63,880 nt of DNA, filler included, from Octopus bimaculoides (GCF_001194135.2; 7 parts of 7 records of this genome joined end to end with filler, not necessarily neighbours in it), one strand, 5' to 3'; numbered from the whole stretch's first letter, positions 12,341 through 26,380 are shown. The notes: generated by a model from the sequence alone, not told the origin. Program-made: numbers and translations.

Positions 12341-12726
12341 GGATCATGATTCTAGCGTTTCGCTCCCTAACTGATGGTAGCTAACTCTGACTCGAGTTGT
12401 CATTCATTAAGTAACTGATAGTCTTGTCACGAGCCGACTTGATTTTTGCTTGGGGTTCTTGCTTTTATAACTATCCAGAAGGATAGACATATCGTTGAGA
12501 ACAATGGATTTAGTTGGTGGTCTTGTTATCTTAATTCGAGCTTTTGTGGTCTATGAGAGGTTAGAAAGGTCAAGTGGTGAAAACATTATTTCGGCCTAGG
12601 AAAATGTAAAATCTGGAAAATGTAAAACTGCTGTCACAGAAAAAAACCATTGTTCCACCGTGAGAAAAGTTCTGTTGCAGTGTTAATTTAAATTTGGCTA
12701 TGGTGGATCGATTCCACTTCATGCCT
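12336..12726. repeat. Direct repeat copy 1 (about 390 bp)
   Basis: Aligns end to end with 14633-15024, high identity by eye. Confidence 0.95.
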
Positions 12727-12729
12727 GCA

Positions 12730-15520
12730 AGTTTCACTACATCCCTCCTCTCCCTAGGGAGGTTCCGAGGAAAGGAAACGAACGATTGAAGGAGAGAAAG
12801 AAGTGCATGGCTGAGGAGAAATTTTGCAAATCAGGAGAGGGGATCGTTGAAGTGTATACGGGAGTTTTCTATTCGGATTAGTTCGAATAGCGGTGTCGCT
12901 TTGCGTGCCGAAATGTGTGCAGTCAGTGACTGGGCAGTACAGCAAGTGAGGGCGTATAAACGAGGGCAGGGGCACGTATCGAAATTCAATGAAAAATAAG
13001 CTCAGGTGAGCGAGTGTGTGTATTCTCAATACGTGATATGAAAGATCTTTTTGCAGGGTTGCAGTGTGTGAAATGCCTTGAAGGTTTTCCGAAGTGAAAT
13101 GGGTCTGGTGCTGTTGTCGTGGGTAATTGATGAGGTTAGCAAGGACGACAGAGTAAGCATGCTGGAGTGATGCGCGAGACAGATAATTTTCTCTATAAAT
13201 TTCATGACCAAACAGGGGTCTAACAGGGGGAAATTATGTCTAAACATGAGCGCAGAGGATGTGAACATTCGACGTGCTTTGAGCCGGGAAAAGAGTTGAG
13301 CTGTTACAGACGTGTTGCAAAACAAGGTAGTAGATGCATAATAGAAGTGTGTATGCATGTGTGCAACAGGGCTTGTAAGGCTGAAGCAGATATGCTAGTC
13401 ATTGATTACAAATACAGTGTACAGTATTAAATATGCCAGTGGTTAAGGCAGTGTTGAATATAGCAGTCGGTGCATGAGGTATGCCTCGATCGTGCAGGAG
13501 CGAAAGTGTGGCATGCTGGCACGTTGTAAGGAACAAACAACTTTCTCTATGTATGCGTGACCGACCTAGGGTCTTACAGAGACTAGTTGTGTCTACAAGG
13601 GCGCAGGGAGTATGAAAAACAAGCGAGAAAGGCATGTGTGGGACATGAATGTGACAGAGTTAACAGGTGTGTGTGTAACAATGTATGCAAATGCGTGCGC
13701 AAGGCCAGGCGCTTAGGAAAGGTGCATGCGAAGAAACAAATTGCAGATATTCAAAAGAACATTTAACAGAAACCATGTAATAAAAACAGGTGAACAATGC
13801 GTGTGCAGTGCAAACATAAAACGAATGAAGCAAAACCGACAAACTTGGTTAGAAAGTCTTCTGGTCATGGTAAGCTAAAAAGTAGCATTTGAAATGCAAA
13901 AATAGGTGCATGCAAAGTAAGTTCAAGTCTATGGCTGTCGAAAAAGTTGCACGTGTGGGCTTCCATATTTTTATCCAGTTAGTTTCTGGGTACGTAGCTG
14001 TGGAAATGATACATTTATTGACTTCCATGGTCGGCAAATTCCTTATGCACCAGCAGTGTTGCATTTTCGTGGAGTGCATCGTAACGTGGATTGCAGTATA
14101 GAGCTTTTTGTAGCAGGTCGAAGGAGGGTGCATCTTGGTGGTGACGAAGGTTGTCATTTTATTCCTTTGGTTTAGCGACTGTTGATATGAAGACGGTAGT
14201 TCTTTAGTTCGAAGTCAGCAAAAGTGCAGCGGCATATAACAATTTGTTGGTAATGTAGCTTCAGAAGGCAGCAATTCTTTCGCTCGGAGTCACCAGTTGT
14301 TAGGGTTGAAATTTATTGCAACGGCATGTTGTAAAATGTGAAAGATGAACAATGCATGAAGTTTTAAGGAAATATTTATTTATCGTTACATTGAATATAT
14401 CTTGCCTCGACGGGCAGGTGATAAAATCCTAGAGCATGCTATGTAAAGTTAGATGTCGTAAATTTTCCTTGTATAGTTTTGTGTACACGTTTTCTTAGCA
14501 GTAATCCACAGATAGCGATAGAATGATGTAAGAGAACAGAATTAGAGCTAGTGAAAGGTCGTGGGAAGATGTCTCATAATTGCTGACATTAAATTTCATT
14601 TCTCCCTTTGACTAGTCTTTACTAGCTGCCTTGCTTTGGATCATAATTCTAGTGTTCCGCTCCCTAACTGATGGTAGCTATCTCTGACTCGATTTATCAT
14701 TCATTAACTAACTGATTGAGTTGTCACGAGCCGACTAACTGATTTTTGCTTGGGGTTCTTGCTTTTATAACTATCCAGATGGATAGATATATCGTTGAGA
14801 ACAATGGATCTAGTTTGTGGTATTTGTTATCATAATTCGAGCTTTTTTGGTCTAAGAAAAGTTAGAAAGGTCAACTGGTGAAAACATTATTTCGGCCTAG
14901 CTAAGGAATCTGGAAAATGTAAAACTGCTTTCACAGAAAAAAAACCATTGTTCCACCGTGAGAAAAGTTCTGTTGAAATGTTAATTTAAATTTGGTTATG
15001 GTGGATCGAATCCACTTCATGCCTCTCACGGCACTCGATTTCGGTCCCGTCTTCCGTGGTTGGATCCCCGCAGTGTACAGCGATATCTGCTCGGTGATTC
15101 GGCGGGAACGGTTACCTCTCCGAATCATTCAATATCATGCACTCGTCCTCAAAAATCGAAGAAATTGCCGCCGAAAAACAGAACATATCTGGGGTTGAGT
15201 TCGAGTAACGTACCATCATAGCCTGAGATTAGATACCTTCTAATCTAGTTTACACTGTTTTTGCTTCCTTAATAACCCTTATTGATTCTACTTTAACCAC
15301 TCTTTTCAGAACGATCCACTATTTGTTGTTGACGATCGCCCCAGTCGCTAATCTGGTCTGTGTAAACATGACGAGTCGAGGGCAACAAGTTCAGTTTCCA
15401 GGAAAATTTTTGCGAGGTGGAACGAGGTTGCTTTCGGAACCTGCCTAAGATGAGGGTGGGACCTCTCATTAGAAATTCGAGAGGCTCCTCCTTCTATCTC
15501 CGACCCCTTCTTTGGATCCC
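12730..15520 (-). mobile_element. Heavily decayed non-LTR retrotransposon sequence(s), clade uncertain
   Basis: Patchy minus-strand similarity: SFIRPHLLYC (L2/CR1-like) near 12960 and KKLYT..W..NWIKIWK (L1/Tx1-like C-terminus) near 14000. Many stops. Confidence 0.35.
14633..15024. repeat. Direct repeat copy 2 (about 390 bp)
   Basis: Aligns with 12336-12726. Confidence 0.95.
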
Positions 15521-15934
15521 TGAGCCCTCTGAATATTAGATATTCTGAGGTATGGCCGCATTATGGTTAGAAGCGTGTGGTTTTAAGTTTAATCCCCGTA
15601 CAACATCTTGGGCAAGGTTTTTCAACATAGCCTTGGACTAACCTGTACTTTGTGAAATAAATTTGATAAACAAAAACTGTATGTAACGAATTTCGTAGTC
15701 CGTGTGGCAAATCATTCGATTCGGATCACTTGTTACACTGTGTAACAAAATTTTTATTATTTTTGTCTTTGGTCAGTAAGTGTAATTTTCTGTTTGCTTC
15801 TATCTAGAAATCAAAGGAAATGACTACTATTCCCTTCAAATTTTGTTTTTGTGACCTGACATCAATGTTTTGAAACTGACCTATTTTCCATTACATTTCA
15901 GACAAATTCAGTACCAAGTTGCTGAAGCAAAAAT

Positions 15935-16095
15935 ATCGTTACAACAAATATTCTGCTCAATACCACAGATTTGCTTGTCAGTTATTTGACCTTAATCACT
16001 TGAGCATGTCCCTTCGTGGCTGACATGTGCATCTCTGATCATGAGCAGGAGTTGTGGGGAAGCACTATAGCCATGGATTCTTTGGGGGTTTTAAT
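15935..16095 (-). mobile_element. Repeat family E, partial
   Basis: caaatattctgctcaataccacagatttgcttgtcag...gagcatgtccct..tggctgac is shared with 22628 and 29695. Confidence 0.8.
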
Positions 16096-16552
16096 AAAAG
16101 TAACAAAAAGAAAGTTTGAAGGAAATATTAACCATTTTTCATACTTTCTAGGGAGTCAGCAAATAAGAAAAAATAGTTTCTGTTCAATGACATAATCATG
16201 TCTACCGGAAGAATTGTTATCTAAAACTGCTCCACCTGAAGAATCGCCACCCCTATCTTCAGCGAACAGAGTTTGTACAACTAGAATAATAAAAATATAT
16301 TCAGAGATGTACTGTTCAGGAAAATGATTTGATCTGAAACCGTGTGTTAAAAACTAAAACAATGACCGCGTGGGAAACATATATTAGTCATTCGAAAACG
16401 CCTAAAGACTTGCTTTTACTTCGGTGGATTGTCAACTTCACCTAGACATTTATTATTTAGCGATTCAACTGGTTGTTTTCTTTTATGATAAAAATATTAA
16501 TAAAAATAATATATTCTCTGCTTTACAATAACTGAAATCACAATATATTTTT

Positions 16553-17050
16553 AAAATTCTCTTTTACTTGTTTCAGTCATTAGACTGCTACCATGCTGGG
16601 GCACCACCCTGAAAGGTTTTAGTAGAATAAATCGACTTACTCTTTTACTTGTTTCAGTCATTTGACTGTGGCCATGCTGGAGCACCGCCTTTAGTCGGAG
16701 AAATCGACCCCGGATCTTATTCTTTGTAAGCCTAGTACTTATTCTATCGGTTTCTTTTGTCGAACCGCTAAGTGACATATATACGACGGGCTTCTTTCAG
16801 TTTCCGTCTACCAAATCCACTCACAAGGCTTTGGTCGACTTGAGACTATAGAAGACACTTGACCAAGATGCCACGCAGTACGACTGAACCCATAACCATG
16901 TGGTTGGTAAGCAAGCTACTTACCACACAGCCACTCCTGCGACTTCAGTACATTTTCTTAAAGTCTACTTCTTAATACTATCGGTATGTTTTGCCGAATC
17001 GCTAAGTTACGAGGACGTAAACAAACAACACTGGTTGTCAAACGGTGAGA
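16553..17050 (-). mobile_element. SINE family A with tandemly duplicated 3' end
   Basis: cttttacttgtttcagtcatt.gactg...ccatgctgg occurs twice (16560, 16643), followed by body and head. Confidence 0.85.
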
Positions 17051-17221
17051 GTAGGAATAGGCACAAAAACAAAGACACATGCACACGCACACAGATATGC
17101 GCACGCTCTTAGAAATTATTGAAGAATCGTAAGCATACCAGATTTAAATGTATCACATTTAAGTAATAGAATTTTTGTCTAGCCGCTATGACAACGGTAT
17201 CACCTTCAAAAATAGCAGCAG

Positions 17222-17375
17222 CAGTGACAACTACGACACAATGCTTAGCAGTATTTCGTCCGTCTTTTCATTCTGAGTTCAAATTCCGCCGAGGTCGACT
17301 TTTCCTTTCATCTTTTTGGGGAATCTATAAAATATTTAAGCACCAGTCAACCATTCTCCCTTCCAAAATATTCAT
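17222..17375 (+). mobile_element. SINE family F, partial
   Basis: atgcttagcagtatttcgtccgtcttttcattctgagttcaaattccgccgaggtcgac. Confidence 0.75.
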
Positions 17376-18227
17376 GCCTTTGTTGATGTAGTCGTCGTCG
17401 TCGTCGTCGCCGCCAAACTGTGAAGTCACAGCAACTCTGAGTTCTGTAAGTTTTAAGACCTTAATCGATCATTTCACTGATTAAAACCCGTTCAGACATT
17501 TATTTCGTGTTAACTTTATTCTCGAAACTGTCCGAACTGCAATGATAGTATTTCTGTTTAATTGCGTCCCTTTTTAGGGGGTGCAACTCAGTCAGTGTTA
17601 TGAAATTTCTTGTAAGAAATTTTCTAATTAAATTTTCTAATATTCTAATAAAATTTCCAAAATTGTCTTCGTGGTGAATATCTATTTTCATCCTATTTTC
17701 TTTTATGTCCTTTTTCATGCGTTTTAAAAATATTTTATTTATGGTATACTTACGCAAGTGTTCTTCCTCACTGACTTTGTTCCCTCATAACTTTCAGAAA
17801 AGTGGGTATTTTTTACTGAAATTTTCTACAAATACCTTTCAGATGGTGTAGATTACGNNNNNNNNNNNNNNNNNNNNNNNNNNNNNNNNNNNNNNNNNNN
17901 NNNNNNNNNNNNNNNNNNNNNNNNNNNNNNNNNNNNNNNNNNNNNNNNNNNNNNNNNNNNNNNNNNNNNNNNNNNNNNNNNNNNNNNNNNNNNNNNNNNN
18001 NNNNNNNNNNNNNNNNNNNNNNNNNNNNNNNNNNNNNNNNNNNNNNNNNNNNNNNNNNNNNNNNNNNNNNNNNNNNNNNNNNNNNNNNNNNNNNNNNNNN
18101 NNNNNNNNNNNNNNNNNNNNNNNNNNNNNNNNNNNNNNNNNNNNNNNNNNNNNNNNNNNNNNNNAGTTGGAACTGAAACAATTGTATCGCATTTAAGTAC
18201 TAGAATTTTTGTTAAGCCGCAATGACA

Positions 18228-18600
18228 ACGGTTTGTTGGCACTCCGTCGCTTACGATGTCGAGGGTTCCAGTTGATCCGATCAACGGAACAACCTGCTCG
18301 TGAAATTAACGTGCAAGTGGCTGAGCACTCCACAGACACGTGTACCCTTAACGTAGTTCTCGGGGATATTCAGCGTGACACAGTGTGACAAGGCTGACCC
18401 TTTGAATTACAGACACAACAGAAACAGGAAGTAAGAGTGAGAGAAAGTTGTGGTGGAAGAGTGCAGCAGGGTTCGCTACCATCCCCTTCTGGAGCCTCAT
18501 GGAACTTTAGGTGTTTTCGCTCAATAAATACTCACAACGCCCGGTCTGGGAATCGAAACCGCGAGTCCGCTGCCCTAACCACTGGGCCATTGCGCCTCCA
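18228..18600 (-). mobile_element. SINE family C (tRNA head; conserved body ...gtgaaattaacgtgcaagtggctgagcactcc...)
   Basis: Minus-strand head ggaggcgcaatggcccagtggttagggcagcggactcgcggtttcgattccc (A/B boxes). Body recurs at 27858 and 29212. Confidence 0.85.
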
Positions 18601-19877
18601 CTATGACAACGGTATCACCTACAAAAATAGCAGCGGCGGCAACAGCAGCAGTGACAACTACGACAGTAATGACGTAGTGTACACAGCAGCAGCAGCAACG
18701 ATTGAAAACAACAGCAACAACACTAACATCGTGAACATCAACAAGAACGAGAACAATAACAGCAAGAATGAGAACGACAGCACCAAGAATGACGTCAACA
18801 ACAAAAGCAACTTCTGCCGTAATAACAACAAAAACTGTGGGCAAAACAACAACAAAAAAAAAACAGAAACAGCAGCAGCAGCAACAACAACAAAATGAAA
18901 GCAAAAGTAACAACATAAAAAAAATCCACAACTCATTATATTTTTCAAGGATAGTTAACTAATAGATCATGCATTCGGGGCACAATTTGAAAAGTAAGAC
19001 CCTCTAGTATATAAATGGTATTGTCAACCCAGGAATTATGTCTCTTAGTGAGAGGAAAAAATCTTATTCCAAAAGAAAAGCCATTGTCTATAAATGCATT
19101 TGTCACAAGGACAGTCGTAGACTTAAATTTCTTACTCCAGCAGAGACTGAAAAATGTCTTGAAGAATTATACCTCCGAGTTATACACACATATAAAGGGG
19201 AACAGTATGGGACAGTAGCTGCCGTATGTGTCAGCAAACAAGGAACTAAAAGAATGGCACCTCCCAGACTTTTATAATGGTTCACCTTTATATTAGAGGT
19301 TGACTCCAATTCGAGTCAAGAATGTGTTGGTTCACTGAGATCTGGTAAGAGTTTGAGACATATCGGAGGAGCATGGGTGAATGTGGAGGTGAAATCTTGG
19401 CCCTATGAACTCAACAGGTGTGGGATTGATAAGGAGTTCCAGAACTGGTTGCTCCAGGGGAAGTCATTCATATTCTTGATTTTATTTTCTGTTTCCAGGA
19501 AAGCAAGCAAACGCCAGTATTAACCAAAGGCAGAAATCCCAAATGTTTTGTGGGAGGAATTCAAACAACTTCAAAGCTTTCTGTCCTGCAGTGGAGAAAA
19601 CACAACACTCTCCATCATTAATATCTGTGGTGTATGCATGCGAGTAGATGAGAAATAGCAGCTGCTTCTCCCAACACCTAGACGATCGCTTGGCATGTCC
19701 TCTCCTCGCAACAACCCCGTTTGAAAAGGGCATGAAATCCCGATTGTGACTCCCTTTGCCCTTCTTCTTCTTCCGGTCAACTCGCCGTTCCGGTCAGCTC
19801 CCCAGTCGCTGATGTCATACCACAATATCAACTCTGCCAAAAGAAGCCCTTCATACAGTTAGTGAAAACACTACAAC

Positions 19878-19925
<48 letters not shown>

Positions 19926-19949
19926 CTTTTCTCTGACTCAGGACTCATG

Positions 19950-20380
19950 AAATCAAAGACTCTGTCAGGAAAACAAGATCAGATGAAATTGCCCCATAAG
20001 GCCTTTGTTGGGGGCTGGATAAGAGGAAGAGTCAGACACAAACAAGAAGAAGTAAAGTGGTGGACGAGGCTGAAAGGAATGAAGATAAATATTTTCCTTT
20101 TTCAGCCAATCCTGCATCAGCTTTTTCCCATTCCACTTGAAAAGGAAAGTAAGGATGGAGAGGGTTGTGCTACCTGAAAATATTTTCGTTGAAAGGTGGG
20201 CGAATGTGGTGAGGATAGTCCATGTGAATGAGCCTAATCTGACCATGCACTTGTAGGCTGGATGGAATTAAGAGGAGAGGGGTGCATGCCTGAAGTGCTC
20301 TTGGTGATCAGAGTGTCCAGGTTTTGTGGGCTTCCTTGGTCTCCCATAGATGGAACTCCCCCACTTTCAGGAAATTTCAT
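19950..20380 (-). mobile_element. Possible decayed LINE endonuclease-region remnant
   Basis: Weak minus-strand resemblance only (GSPQNLDTLIT...WEKAD). Multiple stops. Confidence 0.2.
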
Positions 20381-20542
20381 TGTTTAATATTTTACTGTTA
20401 AATTGTAATTGCTTTACTGTCAACACATGCTACATATAAACCCAATTATCATTTGTTTTGTATCACCCTTTTTTTGCTCTGTGGGGCCCTTCTGATCATT
20501 AAAGAAACAATTACTATTATTATTATTATTATTATTATTATT

Positions 20543-20746
20543 GTTCAGTAGTTTTATTTTTATAATGTGCTTTCACTTCACTACCGAGCGCAGCTCTGTG
20601 CGCCTTGGGTATGTGCTGTGGTTTGCTATGGTGCTCTTATAGTTACTGTATTGAAAGTGTTTTGCGTAGGATGTGTGCAGTGCCCAGCAGTGCAATTTTC
20701 TGTATGTTATATATATTTGTAAGTCCTGGTGTTTTTGCTATGTATT
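20543..20746 (-). mobile_element. R4/Dong-like (RLE) retrotransposon 3' end with (AAT)n tail
   Basis: The minus strand reads YIAKTPGLTNIYNIQKIALLGTAHILRKTLSIQ*, a typical RLE C-terminus, followed by a short UTR and the (TAT)n tract at 20515-20542. Confidence 0.8.
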
Positions 20747-20846
20747 NNNNNNNNNNNNNNNNNNNNNNNNNNNNNNNNNNNNNNNNNNNNTTAATTAATT
20801 AANNNNNNNNNNNNNNNNNNNNNNNNNNNNNNNNNNNNNNNNNNNN
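20747..20846. other. Artificial scaffold linker N44-TTAATTAATTAA-N44 (also at 40709, 52815, 55450, 58382, 61691)
   Basis: Identical 100-bp construct six times. The 12-mer gives stops in all six frames. Confidence 0.95.
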
Positions 20847-20991
20847 ACCGTAAAAAAGGAACAGGGTAAAGGTTTTTATTTTTCATTCCCTTTGAAATTG
20901 CTCTTAAATGTGGTTTTGGTCGTTTTGACTGCTTCTTCTAGCGTGTAAAACTACCTGTTTAAGGTAGTTTCTTTGGGGTTTAAATGCACAC

Positions 20992-21028
<37 letters not shown>

Positions 21029-21088
21029 AATACACTTTTGTGCATGTGAGCATGTGTATATAGCGGTATATATTCATACATACACACG

Positions 21089-21124
<36 letters not shown>

Positions 21125-22578
21125 ACCATACCCTCACACGTATATTGGCGCACATCTGTTTGCACATACATATTTCATTGTCTAGATGTGTGCATATGTA
21201 TGTATGTGGGTATGTATGTATGTATGTGTATATGAACACGCGTGCGCGTACACACAACCAGAAATATGCGGAAATACAAAATAATATCGAATAGTTTCTG
21301 TAAGTGTAACACTGGTTGGCAATCTTTATTTCCTCCTATCTCTACACTCCAGCAGCTTATCATCATCATCATTATCATCATCGTCCACTTCAGCCTCCCC
21401 CTCTTTCACACCTGCTTTGCCTTTTCTAACTTTCCAGCGTCTCTTTTGAACACTTCACTCAAATGCATTAAGGGATACAAGGAATACGAAGCGTAGATAA
21501 TATAGAATTTTATAAATGCAGGAAAACGCGGGCTGTACAATATTTCCTCCATGTATAAAATGAACCAAAACACGTTATTGTAGTGCATATTTAATATCTA
21601 AAGAGGACTATATATATATATATATATTATATATACACGCACACAAAGAAATTATTAATAATTATTAATAAAAGACTTACTATAATAAGTAAAAATTTCC
21701 GCACCATGCCTCATATGCGTCGCAGAGAACTACAATTTTCCACACGATGCCTTATGTGTATCGTAGAGAATTATGATATTTGTATCTTCAACGGGAAAGT
21801 GAACATAAAAGATTTATTTTTTAATACTGGTCTGAATTACAAGCAGGATAAATATCTAGTAATGTATATATTAAGCTATATATATATATATATATATATA
21901 TATGTTATATTATGCCGACTAATTAACAGAAGTGAAACTTAGATGGACATGAAAAAATGCGGCCGAGGCATTTTTCTTTGAAGAAAAGACTGATAATGAG
22001 TAAAGGAAAAGAGGTGAGCGCAACAATTGGGAAGAACGCTAGAGCAGAAAAAGGAAATTTAGTGGGGTAACGCACAACAACACAGACTAACAAGGTAGTG
22101 AAACCGGATGGAGTAAAACAATGGTTGAACAGAGGCAAAACAAGCGAGATATTGGCCAATGAAAGGCGACAATGTTAGAACAATGAAAATCTAATTAGTT
22201 TAAAGTACTTGAAAAAAAAGCAAATAAAATCGTTGTTATACAAGAGCAGGCGTCAACGTCATCACTTGGGACAAAGATATCGGCGAGCGTCAGTGCCACC
22301 GTCATCATTATAACAAAAAATGTTATAAGACTGAGGTAGGTGTCACTGTCATCGCATGGGATAAAGATGTTTATGTAAATACAGAGATAGCTGTCAGCGT
22401 CATCGTGAAAGGCGGATGTTAATAAAGATAAATATGTCGAAAGTGATGTCAAAGAAAATTATGACGAATGAGATTTGTTCTAATGTGGAATTTGATGATG
22501 ATGATGATGATTGTGACGATGACATTAAATCCGAGGGACGGGCCGCTGTGCTCACGATTCTATCAGCTCGCTGCCTTA

Positions 22579-22627
<49 letters not shown>

Positions 22628-22632
<5 letters not shown>

Positions 22633-23115
22633 GCCCTGATGCAGTACCAGGCAGTGGCTCTCGTGGCTTCTGGTCTTAACTGATTGGAAGTGTTATCATG
22701 TGCATTGTTTTGTCTTGGTATAAAAAAGATGGCCTACAGGCAAATATTCTGCTCAATACCACAGATTTGCTTGTCAGTTGTTTGACCTTAACCAGTTGAG
22801 CATGTCCCTTGGTGGCTGACGATATGTGCATCTCTGATCACGAGCAGAAGTAGTGGGGGAGCATCATAGCCGTGTGTTGAGAGGAATTCTTTGGGGTTTG
22901 GATAATTCACCTTTGGAAACATGGGTGTTTTGCTCAACATCCTTAAACAACCCTTATTCAAGGACCTTTTAAGCGAGATGGACTACTCGACCTAAAGAAA
23001 ATTCCACCTGCGAGGTCATGCGCTGTTTATCTTGATATGAAATCACCACGTCACGCACGGGTCGTCGTGATGGGTGTAACGGGCTTCGTATATTTTACTC
23101 CAGTGTCACTTTGAT
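22628..23115 (-). mobile_element. Repeat family E (SINE or LINE 3' UTR) with (TAT)n tail
   Basis: Reverse complement of 29695-29985. Abuts the (AAT)n run at 22581-22630. Confidence 0.8.
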
Positions 23116-23289
23116 GGAAAAATAGAAACGGAATTGAAGAAGATGCCAATGAAAATAATGAATATGATAATAATAATAACAACAATGCTTGTGACGATCA
23201 CACTGTTTACGGACTGAAGGTAATGGTATATAAAGATGATAATGGAAGTTGATGGTTTACGATGGCATTCTTAATAATACAATGACGAC

Positions 23290-23830
23290 GACTATGATGA
23301 TGATGATGATAACATAATGGTGATAGGTATAATGATAATTAGAAAGATGAGGATAATAACTGTGGAATGATTAGCGTGATGAGGATGATGATGATGATGA
23401 CTGACAATGATAATGAAGAAAAGGATGATGGTGTAAGGATTCTGTTGACAATCATGCTGATAATTATAGCACGATGACGGCGGCGGCGGCAGCGATGACG
23501 ATGATGATGATGGCGATGATGATGATGATGATGATGATGATGAGTGCGATGATGGTGATGGACGAGAATACTGAGGATAATAATGACAATGGTGATGATG
23601 ACAACGACGACGATAATGACAACAATGGTGACGATGATGCTGATGCTGATGATGTTGACGACGACGATGACGATGATGGTGATGATGATGATTGTGATGG
23701 ATGATGACTATAATGAAAATGATGTGACACCGTTGACAATCAAGCTGCTGCTGATGACTATAGTACGATGATGAGGAGGAGGAAGATGACGATGATGATA
23801 TTGGTAGTAGTAGTTGTAGTAGTGATAACA
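23290..23830. repeat. Degenerate (GAT/GAC/GGT)n trinucleotide mosaic
   Basis: Low-complexity tract. Similar tracts lie at 18600-18915, 28320-28730, 32100-32530, 40240-40700, 42170-42760 and 43420-44210. Confidence 0.9.
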
Positions 23831-23929
23831 ACAGCAGTGATCGTGTTAAACAAAGCCCGGTTACGCTAACCTGCTGTAAATCGGCTGTAATTAATTTCAA
23901 ATCGCTTACGTATTACATCGATAAACGGT
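23830..23929. repeat. 100-bp unique-looking block duplicated at 27629-27728 (98/100 identical)
   Basis: Direct comparison shows only two substitutions. Confidence 0.95.
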
Positions 23930-24618
23930 ATGGGGTACCGTCACGCACGCACACCCTTACATATGCACGCACTTGCATATATATATATACACACACCTGT
24001 GCACATATACATACACACGGAGATATATACAATTATATAGATACACATATATACATATGTACATGTACATATATATAAAATATATACATTGAGGCATGTA
24101 TAGACATGTACACACACACATACACATATATATACACATACATCCATGCATGTACATTCATATACAAATACATATAAACATACATACACACACATATATA
24201 TATATACACACACACACATAAAAATTCATGCACAATCACAGTTACGCGTACCTCCCGCCAACCACTTCACCGCACCCCAATGTATTTCCTGTTACCCCCC
24301 CACCTCCTCACCGAACCATCATGCGATCAACTCCTATGTGACCCCCTCCTCATAATACTTCCCATGCTTTTCCCCGTTTTCGCCCTCCCCCCATCCTTTC
24401 CCATTCGCTTCTCTTCTTTAACCATGCAATGCTATATACATCACTTCACAATTCGTACCGAAAGCTCTTAGTCTTTTTCTATCGCACGTGTAGGCCTACA
24501 TACATACAATTATCCAGACGCGTGCATAAATGCATATACATACATACACACACACATAGTTACTACATACATGTGTGTGTGTGTGTATGTACCTGCACAC
24601 ACACATGTATATATACTT

Positions 24619-24650
<32 letters not shown>

Positions 24651-25122
24651 TTCTATCTATCTATCTATATATATATATATACACACATACACACATATAT
24701 GCATACACAAGGTACACCCACAGATACACACATATATAAACGCAAACATGTTTACATATACATACAATGCCTAATAAATATACATATATATACATACTCA
24801 TACATGCATTCGTAATTACATACACGGGTGCACACACACACACACATTAACACAAAATGCATAATTATATGCAGACATATACACACAAATGCAGAAAAAT
24901 AAAATGTGGTATAATTACACAGATTTACCAATCGAGTGTGGAGGAAACATTTTATTGTTTAATTAGCGATTGTATTAGATGGGGATGTATGTTGCGTACG
25001 AGTGTATATGCATAAATATGCAGGCATATACATGTATATATGCAAATATATGCATAAATACACGTATATATATATACACACACACTACACTTATATATGT
25101 GCGTATGCATGCAAACATAGAA

Positions 25123-25153
<31 letters not shown>

Positions 25154-25154
25154 T

Positions 25155-25325
25155 ATATAGGCGTGACTGCGTGGTAAGAAATGTACTTCCCAATCACATG
25201 ATTGCCGGTTCAATCACATTGCGTGGCACCTTGGGCAAGTGTCTTCTGCTATAGCTTCGGTCTGACTCAAGCCTTGTGAGTGGATTTGTTAGAGGGAAAC
25301 TGAAAGAAGCCCGTCTTATATATGC
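25155..25325 (+). mobile_element. SINE family A 5' half
   Basis: gcgtgactgcgtggtaagaa...gcgtggcaccttgggcaagtgtcttctgctatagc...gaaagaagcccgtc. Confidence 0.8.
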
Positions 25326-25981
25326 CAACTGTATATATGTATTCAAAACTCGAACTGGTGACTTCTATTCCACGCCATGAATTATCATCGAACATTCTCA
25401 TTTGAAGCTGACATAGGACATTAACCTATAACAGTATTTTTCATTTGATTATGGAACTTCTCAACGCATTCCTATGTTACTCCGATCCTTCCCTCATTCT
25501 CGACAAACTGGAATACATTTCCCTCGCTTTTCCATCTCTCTGACTTCTTCCTCTCTGATGACGAAATACTCAGCCTATGGAATCCTTACGCAACAACATG
25601 ATCCATACGCTTGACTATTCTAGAAATAGCTGTAGGAAACTCTGTGTATCTATATTCTCTATCTAAATTAAATGTCTCTTTTAAGTGGTGCCAAACGGTT
25701 TGCCCTTTCATTTTTACTTAATTTTTATGTATGTATGTATGTATGTATGTGTTTGCGTGCGTCTGTGTGTGCGGGTGTATGCGTGTGTATGTGCCCCTGT
25801 GTGTTTGTGAGTGGGTTGACAGAAAGAATAAGTACTAGGCTTACAAAGAATAAGTCCTGAGGNNNNNNNNNNAATTTATGTTCATTAGTTTTCTACGGAT
25901 AAAAACCTTGAATTATATATATATATATATATATATATTTATGTGTGTGTGTGTGTGTATATATATAGGTGTGTGTGTGTG

Positions 25982-26016
<35 letters not shown>

Positions 26017-26047
26017 ATGTGTGTGTGTGTGTGTGTGTGCGTGTGCG

Positions 26048-26380
26048 TGAAGGTACATGGCTCAGTGGCTAGAGCGTCGGGCTCACAATGATGAAGTAGT
26101 GAGTTCGATTCCCGGATTTGGTTGTGTGTTGTGTTCTTGAGCAAGACACTTGATTTCACATTGCTCCAGTTCACTCATCTGTAGAAATGAGTTGCGACAT
26201 CACTGGTGCCAAACTGTATCGGCCCCCTTTGCCTTTTCCTTGGATAATATCGGTGGAAGGGAGAGTGGATACTGGTATGCTGGGCTTCCATAAACAACCC
26301 TGACCAGACTTGTGCCGCGGAAGGGAACTTTCTAGGTGCAGCCCCATGGTTATTCTTGACCGAAGGGGGGGGGCTTTACC

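Noticed and set aside
12336-15024. Canonical LTR retrotransposon
   Set aside because: No TSD, no clear TG...CA termini, no PBS/PPT, and no gag/pol motifs recognised.
19230-19860. Unique-looking GC-richer block as a gene 5' end or LINE ORF1
   Set aside because: All frames are interrupted and no motif was recognised.
23292-23900. Long His/Ser/Asp/Thr/Ile-rich ORFs (also 18437-18898, 32008-32532, 40182-40760, 42083-42445)
   Set aside because: These are translations of degenerate trinucleotide microsatellites, open on both strands, with no splice or homology support.
25550-25575. CTGATGACGAAA core-like string
   Set aside because: No helix II and only a 2-bp helix I; expected by chance.
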